Below the pieces are notes generated by a model. The model saw only the letters and a program-made list of their open reading frames with translations, was not told the origin of the DNA and did not search any database. From Liolophura sinensis (Eukaryota), in NCBI RefSeq assembly GCF_032854445.1, contig NC_088295.1, positions 32,146,510 to 32,210,509 on the forward strand: a DNA stretch of 64,000 bases, in the 5' to 3' direction. Both the position numbers and the translations under genes were made by a program. Positions 1 through 10,300 of the stretch are shown piece by piece. Every line of letters starts with the position of its first letter. Within the stretch, counting starts at the first letter, position 1.

Positions 1-790
1 TGTTCACATCTGGACTAGCTCAACCATTCCCATCTGATTTGGTAGCTCCGCTGTTCCCTTTGAGTTTGGTAGCTCAGCTGTTGTCAACTGGTTTTGTAGC
101 TCAGCTGTTCCTTTCGAGTTTGGTAGCTCAGTTTTTCTCATTTGTTTTCTTTTAGCTGATCTGTTCCCATCAAGTTTGGTAGATCAGCTGTTCTCATCTT
201 ATTTTGTAGATCAGCTATTTTCATCTGCTTTGTTCTTAGCTTTTCTCATTTGTGTTCTTTTAGCTGATCTGTTCCCATCAAGTTTGGTAGATCAGCTGTT
301 TTCATCTTATTTTGTAGATCAGCTATTCTCATCTGTTTTGGTAGCTCAGATGTTATCATTTGGTTTAGTAGCTCAGCCATTCTCATCTGGTTTGGTAGCT
401 CAGCCATTCTCATGTGTTCTAACCCAGCTGTTCACACCTGGTTTGATAGCTCAGCCATTCTCATGTGTTCTAGCCCAGCTGTTCACACCTGGTTTGATAG
501 CACAGCCATTCTCATGTGTTCTAGCCCGGCTGTTCACACCTGGTTTGATAGCTCAGCCTTGCTCATGTATTCTAGCCCAGCTGTTTACACCTGGTTTGAT
601 GGCTCAGCCTTTCTCATGTGTTCTAGCCCAGCTGTTCACACCTGGTTTGATAGCTCAGCCATTTTCATGTGTTGTGGGTCAACTGTTCACACCTGGATTG
701 ATAGCTCAGCCATTCTTGTGTGTTCTAGCTCAGCTGTTCTCATCTGGTTTAGTAGCTCAGTTTGAGTTTCTAATGTTAGTATCAGAACAG
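1..790. repeat. Tandem satellite, ~60-bp unit (two sub-variants: 1-410 and 411-790)
   Basis: Direct repetition of ..gttctagcccagctgttcacacctggtttgatagctcagccattctcatgt.. with period ~60. Track ORFs 176..829 and 412..765 are repeat artefacts (periodic peptides). Confidence 0.9.
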
Positions 791-837
791 CATCTGGGTT
801 TAATGATAAGGAATATATCCAATGTCTAGCTCATTGA

Positions 838-1032
838 TTGATTGATTTATTTGTTTGATTGGTGTATTACACCGTACTGAAGAATATCTAATTTATACGA
901 TGACGGCCAGCAAGATGGTGGAAGAGTCCGGGTGGGACCAACAACCATCAGTAGGTTGGTAACAGGCCTCTCCAAGTACAGCCGGAGAGGAAGCCAGCAT
1001 GAGCTGTACTTGAACTGACAGTGACTGCATTT
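838..1032 (-). mobile_element. SINE family 1 copy, tRNA-derived, 5'-truncated
   Basis: Reverse complement matches the SINE core (..gagttcaagtccagctcatgctggcttcct..ccaccat..gtataa..attcttcagtacgg..) with an AAATAAAT-type tail. Track ORF 847..1056(-) is SINE-derived. Confidence 0.7.
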
Positions 1033-1204
1033 GGTAAATGATTGGTTTAATGACATAGGAATGTGATTGCAATTTGTTGATTAATGATTTTATTTCAGAT
1101 ACGTAACAAAACAGATGTGATTTATATCAAGCAGTGAGTTAATGTTGTTACATTAATATGAGCCTATCTGTGTTCCTTCTCAAATGAGAGATGTCTCTTT
1201 TCAG

Positions 1205-1305
1205 ATGAACAGCTTCGTTCTGTGAAATCGTCTGTGCCCGCCACAATTGGATTCAAAAAACTAAATATTTCCAGATTGGTTGAACTTTTTGAACTTCAAG
1301 GCAAA
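1205..1305 (+). CDS. Gene A, antepenultimate coding exon (unidentified protein; upstream exons lie outside the window)
   Basis: Acceptor tctcttttcag| and donor |GTAAGT. Open frame reads ..EQLRSVKSSVPATIGFKKLNISRLVELFELQGK. Phase is consistent with the next exon. Confidence 0.5.
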
Positions 1306-1861
1306 GTAAGTTGCTTGGTTGGATAATTTTGTTTAACATATTGATCCCAGGCTAGCTTCGTAAACAAGGAATTTTGGGGATTCCCATGCCAGCAGTACCC
1401 TTGTGGTCATGATGGCAGTGGAAGACTTGAGGACAGGCTACAAAGAAGGTCCAAATGGCAGCATAACACTTTCTTCTGTGTTATATGAGCACAAATACAT
1501 CAAAAATTATGATGTACTTGTAATATAGAAAAAAAACAAAAGAATCCATAGCTGTGGACTGTTTTGTTACAAGGGCGGGAAGGAGTTTTACCAGTTCCCC
1601 ATGAATGGTCTACAGCACTAAAAGTCTTTGTGTCATGTGAAAAGTAAGACAGTTACTTGCCAAAGGTTGATGTTTTAACTGAATACTCTTCATTAATAAA
1701 ACTGACTGTTTCGTGTATGTATAAATGAAACATATTGTAGAAACAAATGTGCAGTTACAGCAGCGGTATTTTGGCTATTGGTAGAACACACATACATTCC
1801 ACAGTAAATTTAAGCAGGTATGCGTATATAAAGAACGACTTTTTCTTCAATTTTTTTTCAG

Positions 1862-1961
1862 GATGGTCGCTGGACATTGAGCAAGGAATTTTCCAAAATC
1901 CTTAATGTGGACGTTGACAAGTGTGAGGAAACATTGATTTCAGCTGGACTGAAGTCACTTG
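1862..1961 (+). CDS. Gene A, penultimate coding exon
   Basis: Acceptor ttttttttcag| and donor G|GTAATT. Reads DGRWTLSKEFSKILNVDVDKCEETLISAGLKSL. Leaves a phase-1 G that joins exon 3 in frame. Confidence 0.5.
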
Positions 1962-2462
1962 GTAATTTCTTCTGTTAAATGTATATTTTCTCACTTTGGT
2001 TTAAGCCTTACACCCCCGAATCACCACAAAACCTATTTCTTCTAATTCCTAAGACAGATAAAGTAGTTCTGAAAGCAAAGAATAACATTTGTTTCTCCAT
2101 TTTTTGGGATTACGATCAGTCTAGCCAGATATGAATATGTTTCAAGGATCTTGACTTGCCACAGCATGGCTGAAATATTGCCGATGTGGTGTTAAGCAAT
2201 AATCATTCATTCATACAGTGACTTTGAATTTGAACGTGAACAAAAATTGATCCTGTTGATTGTGCACTACTTGCCATCATTAATAAGCATTGCAGAAGAT
2301 CTGTCATATTGTAAAGCATTGAAACACATGAATAGGTAGTATTGTTCTTCTGGATTCTGCACTGTTCCCACCAACAATAATTCTGGTTGCCATTGTGTAA
2401 ATGAAATATCCTTGAGTGTGGTACATTAAAAACAGTGTTGTGTTACTCTCTCCTGTTTCCAG

Positions 2463-2788
2463 GTCAGAAGGTGACAGAGGATGTGTTGGCTCTGGTGGCT
2501 ACCATGATAGCCCTGACTGCTGTTTTGCTGTTTGTCAGGCCTAGAAAGTCACCACTAAAAGCCTGCGATCTACGCCTGGACTTCAACACTGATGAGTTGT
2601 GGGACCAGCTGATGGGCAAACTCCAGCATGAACATGTACAAATTCTGCAGGCCACTCCGGAAGGCATTACCAAAGCTGTGATGTTTTGCAAGAGTGTAAA
2701 TGATACTTATCCGTCACTGTACTACCAGCTGGAGCTCGGTCAGAGTTGGGAACAAGTGGTTGGGATTATGTTGGGACTACTTCAGTAG
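2463..2788 (+). CDS. Gene A, terminal coding exon (stop TAG at 2786-2788)
   Basis: Acceptor ctcctgtttccag|. Matches track ORF 2435..2788 (GQKVTEDVLALVATMIALTAV...SWEQVVGIMLGLLQ*). The phase-1 junction gives a continuous reading across the three exons. Confidence 0.55.
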
Positions 2789-4854
2789 GTCTGTCTCCTT
2801 TACCCCTTCACCTGGAGACACCTGGAAAGATCAGATAACTAAATAAATAAGTCACACAGAAAGATTCCACGTAGAGCTTATAGATGAAGATGAATAGGAC
2901 CATGCTGTTTAAAGAAATTTTTCACACATTTATTTGTGGTTAGCTGTTTTTGTGGTACTTACTTATAGCTACAAGTATCAAAGGTATCTCTATAAATCTA
3001 TTAAATACATACTCAGAAAACTTGCAAAATGTGAAGGAATGCTTGAAACATTTATAGCACTTTTACACATTTGGTTTATTTCCGCACATATTTATGGACT
3101 TGATTATATTGTGTTGTTAGCATTTTATGCCACTTTCGTTCAAAAATAAGACTGAATAGTTTTACTCTTTTCATCCATGCAATATTCTCGGAAATATTTT
3201 CATCACAGTTGTGCATGTGTATGCTACATTTTAGATCAGTGGAACCATGAAAAACAAGATGAAAAAAATATGATTGTAGCTAGTAGTGAGTGGGTATTTT
3301 TCAAGCAGGAAGAAGTCACAGTGGTCAGAATTTCAGACACCATTGCACCAGCTTTTCCAAATCCAAGTTAATGTGATACATTAATGTCAGGCCACAATCT
3401 TCTCACTCAAGGCACCTAATGTAGTGTAGTGTAATTCAGCACCTAGCAGACCCAGATATAACCATATATATATGCAATTATTTGTAGATGTTGTTTTTAC
3501 GTACATTATTTTTAACAAGTTATGGTGTATCTTTGAACAGTGCTTTGGATTTGTTGTTAATCTGTGATAATTAAACCAAGGAAACTACAGGTTTTCATCT
3601 GTCTGTTGTGTATCCAACTTTAAATTTTATACACTTGTTTGCCTTACCCATGAAGACTTTTAAATGAAACTTTGGACATGTGTTCAGTAAAATGAGATAT
3701 GTGCTCAAGTTTGGTGATGATTTATGAATATTTTGTCAATTTATGGGGTTTGTTGCACTGCATGGCCTTTGCCAATCTCATTCAATATATTACACAGTTT
3801 TCCATGCTTTTTTATCTGTTGTTATCCTTGATCACATTACCCTGGAAGTTTGTGTACAATTTACATCATGATTGCTATGATATCATGATACTACAACCTG
3901 ACAAATTTAAATTCAATTACGAGTTATGGATAAATTTATTTTGTAATTAATTATTCACTAACACTGTTTCCCTTGAGAATTGTGCCCTGGATAGTTTTTT
4001 GCTGCCTACATGTACATATAAAAGTCTCTGTATATACACTGTATTTGGACTTGAAGGCACACTAAAGTAAGCTGTAAAATGTTCCTTATTTTATTATTAA
4101 ACCCTTGGAACTGATAGGAGACTGACAATATGACAGTTACTTCTTTTTTTAACTTGTTTTATCATGTATATTTTTCTAAGAAATTTCTCATTTTAATTTT
4201 CATGTGATCATATATATTATTATTTCTACACACTTGTGTATTGTATTTTTAAGCTTTTGATACATATTCAAATACACTAATTTGATAATGTTCCAACACC
4301 TGTAAATATTCCGCGGTAAATTACTCCATGTTTGTAATTATACAAACATGGAGTACATTCAATTGTTTTTCAGTGTAATTTAGCTGTTTGCCATGAGTCT
4401 TTATGTGAGCTGTAATTGCCAGTCCATGTTATTTCCATAAACTTTGTTTGTAGCATGATTAAGATTCTTTTTTATGAGTTACTGACTAGGCACAAAATGT
4501 TTTAATAAGTGGCTGTAAACGGTTAACAGTACGTGTACTTCTCCAGAAATGTGACCAATACATTAGTTCTTGCTATGGTGTCAACTACAGTACATCTCAT
4601 GTAGAAAAGTTTGTCAATACTTTAACAAAAGTAAATTTTTTACCCAGGACATTTCAGTTTCTTTTATTCGCAGAACTTATAGCGGCCATATAAGAGGTAT
4701 CTTTCAGAGTGTGGACTATAATAGAATGATCTAATATTCTCTTTCTTCCACAAATGATTTTGGTGTGTAAGTGGACTTTTATTTATATACATCTAGATGT
4801 GTATATTACATGTAATATGATGTCATAGTGCTTGTTAATGTCCTGGGGCCCGTT

Positions 4855-4978
4855 TCACAAAGCTCACATAACGTTACATGCGCATATCTTCCATGGCGAC
4901 CAGTATCGTAGGTGTTACATCGCTATGGTAGTGACATGAACGTTGCACTATGTGCGTGCTGTGAAACGGGAGCCTAGC
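4855..4978. mobile_element. Small hairpin / MITE-like element with ~25-30 bp terminal inverted repeats
   Basis: Left end ggggcccgtttcacaaagctcacataacgt is the inverted complement of the right end acgttgcactatgtgcgtgctgtgaaacgggagcc. A related copy sits at 40263-40405. Confidence 0.45.
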
Positions 4979-5107
4979 TCTTACAGAAAAATGCCACATT
5001 TATACTCATAATAAAGAATATATAATGTGCTCAGTGAGTGATATATCAATTCATATTTCCATGTACTTTAAAGGTAATAATAATTGACAGCTGATTAATT
5101 ATTGACA

Positions 5108-5355
5108 TGGGGGCCTCGGTGTGGTTGTAGCATGGTGCAATTACCCATGTACCTCTTACCAATGCGGTGCCTGTGCATTCAAGTCCAGCTCATGCTGGCT
5201 TTCTCTCAGTTTGTAATTTGGAAGATCTGCAAGCAACCTACGGATGTTTGTGAGTTTGCCCGGTTTCCTCCCACCATAATGCTGGCCGCCATTGTATAAG
5301 TGAAATAATCTTGAGTGCAGCATAAAACATTAATAAAATAATAAATAAATAAATA
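5108..5355 (+). mobile_element. SINE family 1 copy (diverged)
   Basis: ..caatgcggtgcctgtgcattcaagtccagctcatgctggctttctc..cccggtttcctcccaccataatgctggccgccattgtataagtgaaataatcttgagtgcagcataaaaca.. plus (AATAAAT)n tail. Confidence 0.75.
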
Positions 5356-5939
5356 CAACTGACATGAAAACTAGATTGTACACGGCCACGACATGGCTGA
5401 AACATGTGCCAATGTGGTGTTCAGTCATATTCATTCATTCCCAATGTACATGTACTTTGTACTGATCAATGTTCAGGTTCAGTCGAGGTATACAGTTCAT
5501 TTTGGCACACAGCTCTGGTGTATTTATGCTTTAATGTACAATTACACACTTTTGGAAAAAGCCATATTCAGGTCCATGAATTGTGCAATAAAAGTTTAAT
5601 CCTGATGAGTGTCAGGTCGCTTCATCTTTGATAACTGAATACATCCTACTGTGTAGGTATAACATGGCATCTAAACACGTGAAGATGGTGTGGATGTGCC
5701 ATTGTGCACAAAGTTTAACGACTGGGCAGGAGATTTCCTTTTTTTTTATTTTTTTACCTTGTTTGCACAGTGTTACATTCCTGGAAAACCTCTGGTCTTA
5801 CACTAATATGGCGTCCTAAATTGTATGTCAAATAAGGAGAAAGTTCAGTGACTTGCCAATGTCGCTGTTTTATTTTGGGCATGTTTGCAGCACTCTTTCA
5901 GGATGATTGTTTTGTACGCTGTGCGGAGCAGTTGTACCT

Positions 5940-6030
5940 CTCAGGCCTGCTCACCACACCACACCACACCCCACCGCACCCCACTTACTCCACCCCACGC
6001 CACCCCACTCACTCCACCTATAAACATAGA
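5940..6030. repeat. CA/CCAC-rich low-complexity tract
   Basis: ccacaccacaccacaccccaccgcaccccacttactccaccccacgccaccccactcactccacc. Confidence 0.8.
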
Positions 6031-6058
6031 CCCCTCTCCATTGAGAGAAGTTCTCTTT

Positions 6059-6325
6059 GATTTATTTATTTATTTGATTGGTGTTGTACGCTGTACCCAA
6101 GAATATTTCACTTATACAATGGCAGCCAGCATTATGGTGGGAGGAAACCAGGCAGCACCCGGGGGAACCCCACAACCATCAGCAGGCTGCTGGCAGACCT
6201 TCCCACATACGGCCGGAAAGGAAGCCAGCATGAGCTGGACTTGAACTCACAGCGACCGCACTGGTGAGAGGCTCCTTAGTCATCACGCTGCGCTAGCGCG
6301 CTAAGCAACTGAGCCACGGAGGCCC
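6059..6325 (-). mobile_element. SINE family 1 copy, near full length, abutting the retrotransposon fragment
   Basis: Reverse complement gives the tRNA-like head (gggcctccgtggctcagttgcttagcgcgctagcgcagcgtgatgac..), the core (gagttcaagtccagctcatgctggcttcct) and a 3' ..gtataagtgaaatattcttgggtacagcgtacaacaccaatcaaataaataaataaa tail. Confidence 0.85.
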
Positions 6326-6347
6326 TCAAGTTCTCTTTGAGTACAGC

Positions 6348-7253
6348 TTAAAACACTAGGTCAAATGAATTATAATGTATTATAATTATAACGCCAGGCT
6401 CTTCTGCTCGCAACTGTCTGTCTGTTGGTCTGCGGTTCGCCTGTTTCAGCTCCAGTACTCGCTGGATCACTGAGTCTTTGAACTGAGCGTCCTTTAAGTC
6501 AATCTTCTGTAAGGCGCTTTCCATCCTAGGTGAGTCTTTGTTTTCCACTGAACTGGACAAAACAGTCATTGGAGTGAATAAGGGCAAACAGTCCTCAAAT
6601 GCTGCTCCATTCAGAATCGCTGACACAGTGTCAATGGAACATTCTTCTGTGCATGACGGCATGTAGGGTTCTATTGGCAGAGGCATACGAGACAGTCCAT
6701 CGGCAACCACAGTATTCCTGCCAGGGCGATACTTCAGTTCAAACCGAAAGTCTGCTAATTGCGCAACCCATCTGTGACCTGTGGCGTTGAGTCTAGCACT
6801 GGTTGTGACATAAGTCAACGGATTATTGTCCGTACACACCGTGAAGCTTGGGGCATAGTAGAGGTAATCCTTGAACTTACCTGTTACAGCCCATTTTAGA
6901 GCTAATAACTCCAATTTACTGGAATTAAGGTGGTAGTTCTGTTCGGCAACCGAAAGAGTTCTAGAGCCATAGTCAATGACTCTCATCTTGCCGTTTTGTA
7001 CCTCGCAGAGCACTGCGCCTAGGCCATCCTTTGACACTTCTGTGTACAAGATGAATGGTTCGTCGAAACACGGATAACCCATCACTGGAGGTTTCGTAAG
7101 ACAATCAACTAGAGAATCCAACCTGTCCCGGTGCAAGTCAGTCCATACAATCGGGTGGCTTGAAGGCACTTGACAAGACTTTACCTTTTTGCTCTTGGTC
7201 TTTGAAGGTCGGCCATCACTACGAGTCCCACTACCTTTCAGCAGGTCATACAA
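6348..7253 (-). CDS. Retrotransposon RNase H / tether region ORF
   Basis: Track ORF 6348..7253(-) containing a DxxG..AEQNY..ELLAL RNase H-like signature. Confidence 0.7.
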   Translation of the reverse strand: MYDLLKGSGTRSDGRPSKTKSKKVKSCQVPSSHPIVWTDLHRDRLDSLVDCLTKPPVMGYPCFDEPFILYTEVSKDGLGAVLCEVQNGKMRVIDYGSRTLSVAEQNYHLNSSKLELLALKWAVTGKFKDYLYYAPSFTVCTDNNPLTYVTTSARLNATGHRWVAQLADFRFELKYRPGRNTVVADGLSRMPLPIEPYMPSCTEECSIDTVSAILNGAAFEDCLPLFTPMTVLSSSVENKDSPRMESALQKIDLKDAQFKDSVIQRVLELKQANRRPTDRQLRAEEPGVIIIIHYNSFDLVF

Positions 7254-7295
7254 TGGCTTCGCAGTTCTGGTAAAGTCGTGAATGTAACGCCGATA

Positions 7296-7929
7296 CTAAC
7301 CGATCAGTCCAAGGAGCTTTCGGAGTTCCGGTTTACCAACATTCTTGGGTTTCTGCTGTTTCAAAGCTACCACTGGGGTGATGTCCTTCGGGTCCATCTT
7401 GTAGCCATCTTCACTCACGATCATTCCTAGGTAACGTACTTCTTGTTTGAATACTTCACATTTGTCTGGACGGAGTTTGATACCGTGGGAAGCAAGTCGC
7501 CTCAGCACTTGTCTCACTTGTGCAACTTCATCCTGGAACGTCTTAGCATAGACCATGACACCATCAAAGTAGGGAAGACAAATATCACTCCGCAGTCCAT
7601 CCAAGGCATCTTCCATGAATCGCTGGAAACAAGCTGGGGCATTTGTGAGGCCAAACGGTATTCGATTCCAGTGATAAAGACCCCAGGGGGGTTGACGAAT
7701 GCAGTCAATATTTACTGTTCTCATGCCTAAACCCTTGGTGGTAGGCTTTACCCTGGTCCAACAACGAAAACCAAGAATTACCTGACAGTGTGTTCAATGC
7801 ATCTTGCACACGGGGAATCGGTTGTCGATCAGCTATGGTTTTCTTATTGAGCTGTCTGTAGTTCATACAGAGTCTCAGGGAGCCATCACGCTTCCTAACA
7901 CACACGACTGGTGATGCATAGTCACCCAT
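7296..7929 (-). CDS. Retrotransposon reverse transcriptase (two frameshifted ORFs)
   Basis: [34 protein letters not shown] / [38 protein letters not shown]. Confidence 0.8.
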
Positions 7930-8564
7930 CCCTTCTCTAACAAGTCCGCCAAATACGCTCTGACTTCAGCATAGAGCGCAGGGGGAAATCCAGAATATTT
8001 CTGCTGCACTGGTACATTGTCCGTCAACTTAATTTCCAACTGAAGATCAGGAGCACAACCTAAGTCATCTGGATTTCTGGAGAATGCATCACACTCTTGA
8101 TGCAACATGTCCCGAACAATGTTCTGCTGTCCACCAGTGAAATGACTGATGTCCACTGGTGGATCCCACTTACCACAAGTGTCACCATTCACAGAAGCAT
8201 CCATACTATTGACCACAGGTTCCCGAAAGTGATTAGCATATTTGACAGGATATACAGCATTTATGACATGACCTAAAATGCATTTGGCAGGCAATACAAT
8301 CGCATGGTTACTGGAATTGTAGACAGGGATATTAATGTTATGGAGTGAACCATTATTCAACATAATGAGACGGTCACTAAGCATGAGACCATCAAAATTG
8401 TGTTCAAGATCAGGTTCAAATAGAATAGGTACCGGACTTGTGACAACAAAAGTCCTAACACGACAACCTACATTAACAATCTTACCTGGCAACACTTTAA
8501 CAAGCTTACGGCCAGACTTCACTGAAAAAACATAGTCTTCACGTGGTTTGACACAATTTATCAA
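7875..8564 (-). CDS. Retrotransposon protease-region ORF
   Basis: Track ORF 7875..8564(-), lying between gag and RT. Confidence 0.45.
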   Translation of the reverse strand: MINCVKPREDYVFSVKSGRKLVKVLPGKIVNVGCRVRTFVVTSPVPILFEPDLEHNFDGLMLSDRLIMLNNGSLHNINIPVYNSSNHAIVLPAKCILGHVINAVYPVKYANHFREPVVNSMDASVNGDTCGKWDPPVDISHFTGGQQNIVRDMLHQECDAFSRNPDDLGCAPDLQLEIKLTDNVPVQQKYSGFPPALYAEVRAYLADLLEKGWVTMHHQSCVLGSVMAP

Positions 8565-8756
8565 AGCACTGATCTGTATGTAATTGTTTTACAGACAGAA
8601 GATCTTCTTTGATCTGCGCAACATCATCTGTCAAGTTGTTCTTCTTGGGTTTAGGCTGGGCGGTTTGACGTCATCTTTCTCAATGACAGAGACATTTACC
8701 TTCAGGCCTTGACCTCGTGACCTTGAGGTGAGTTTCAGGTGTCTCTCTTCCTCCTG

Positions 8757-9345
8757 TCAGGCGGCGATCCTCATCTTCTCAATGAGGACTTCATCTGGGA
8801 CAGCGATGTTGTCAAGGTAGGGCTTTATTTCCGACCTCACATTATTATTAGACAGTCCAGTCAGTAGAGCATGGAGTGTCATCAGCTGAACCAAATCACG
8901 ATCGTATTCTGTTTTCGAATCAGCTTCTCTCATGGAAATGAGAACGCAGTATGCGGTGCAAGCTCGCAAGGCTTAGGGCTTGTCTTCCCTCAAGGTAACT
9001 GCGTAACTTTAGGCTTGGACGCACAGATTTAATGACAGCTTCAACGATTTCTGTCTCTGTGTACCCTTTTACCAGTCCACCAGGTGGTTTGGGTGTGACA
9101 GTAACGGGGACTTTAAGTCCTATCAGTCTGTCCAAAATTTCAGCAAGGACATCTCTATCAATACCAAGTTCAGTGTCCAAAAAGTTCATCAGCAAAACAA
9201 CAAGGTTCATTTTGGATTTATCTGCCACATTGTTTTGAGTCACAAGCTTAAACTCCAAACACAGTTCCTGCGAATCGGGTACGGGTATGGTCGGTAGCAA
9301 ACAGCCTATCTCCATCAGTAGGTGTTGATGGTCTGGTGTAGCCAT
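8757..9345 (-). CDS. Retrotransposon gag-like ORFs (two fragments)
   Basis: Track ORFs 8920..9345(-) and 8757..8969(-). They sit upstream of the PR/RT in the element's orientation. Confidence 0.5.
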
Positions 9346-9469
9346 GGTATCTAGATGCTCATCGCTGAATTGTAGACATCATGCAGCACATCTATCCTGG
9401 TCACGGCACCAAATGTAAAAGACCCATACACTGTATAACGTTCACATGGCTTTATTCTGAAGAAGAATT

Positions 9470-10300
9470 TCTTCTGAAGAAGGGAATTTCGTTAGGACAT
9501 AATCAATACGTGGCGATCGTCTCAAGGATGGTAAATGAGTGACCGATTTAAATAACAACAAATCATAATTAATCTTCAAGGGATACTGTAAATTAAGTGA
9601 AATAAAGTAATACAATGCGTATAAATAAATTGTGACATGAGTTTGCTTTACACAAATATGAACTAAATGAAATAAATCTATATATACTTATACAATTGTT
9701 AACTCTGCAAAACCCCATTACAGTTTTGGAACAAAAATAAAGAAAGTTTCAATATATTACACTTTCCATACACATATTGTCTTTTGACATTTAGAGTTAA
9801 GCCCCTTATTTCCATTATTCCAACAAAAGTAGTCGCCCCTGTTGAGCGTATTCCATCAGGAGTTATCCCCCTTATTTACATACTTTTGACATCGCACACA
9901 TTCGTGGATTTCTACTACGAAATACGAAAGGAAATATTCCTCTAAGCCACTCAGGCTTTCTATTTAGCTTTACTGGAGTTACAAACTATTAAAAGACACA
10001 ACTATCGTTAAATATACTGAACTGAAACTACTGTTATTTCAATCAGAAATCTAGCGAATACGAAGCGTAACATTACGTAGTGTTAATTAAATGGAAACAA
10101 CAACGACGTCTGAAGGTGACCGATGGGCAACTACTTTGTAAGCTAATCTACTAATTAGTACAACGATGTGCTCATTCGGCATAAGTATACAAGTAACTAT
10201 GCATTCAACAACTACCATATGGCTAAAGGAATCTCGTTAGGACATAATCAAAACGTGGCGATCGTCTTAAGGATGGTAAATGAGTGCGCGATCCCACAAT
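9470..10300. repeat. Pair of ~70-bp direct repeats about 750 bp apart, upstream of the retrotransposon gag (9478-9545 and 10225-10295)
   Basis: ggaatttcgttaggacataatcaatacgtggcgatcgtctcaaggatggtaaatgagtgaccgatt matches ggaatctcgttaggacataatcaaaacgtggcgatcgtcttaaggatggtaaatgagtgcgcgatc. Confidence 0.6.

Larger units (their letters stand above)
6348..9345 (-). mobile_element. Ty3/Gypsy-type LTR retrotransposon fragment: gag, protease, RT and RNase H present with frameshifts; integrase and 3' LTR missing
   Basis: Minus-strand ORFs carry the RT motifs [27 protein letters not shown] and YFDGVMVY, followed by an RNase H region (ILYTEVSKDGLGAVL..SRTLSVAEQNYHLNSSKLELLALKWAV). Domain order is gag>PR>RT>RH. 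The coding region is split over at least 5 ORFs, so the element is degenerate. Confidence 0.85.

Noticed and set aside
176-829. Track ORFs of 217 aa and 117 aa on the + strand
   Set aside because: They lie wholly inside the 60-bp satellite. The peptides are periodic (..LIAQPFSCVLAQLFTPG.. repeated) and there is no start context. They are repeat artefacts.
5885-6244. Track ORF of 119 aa rich in Pro, His and Thr
   Set aside because: It runs through the CCAC low-complexity tract and then into a minus-strand SINE. There is no coding signal.
6599-8535. Plus-strand track ORFs inside the retrotransposon (6599..6790, 7443..7730, 8335..8535, 9032..9238)
   Set aside because: They are antisense to clear RT and RNase H homology on the minus strand and have no features of their own.
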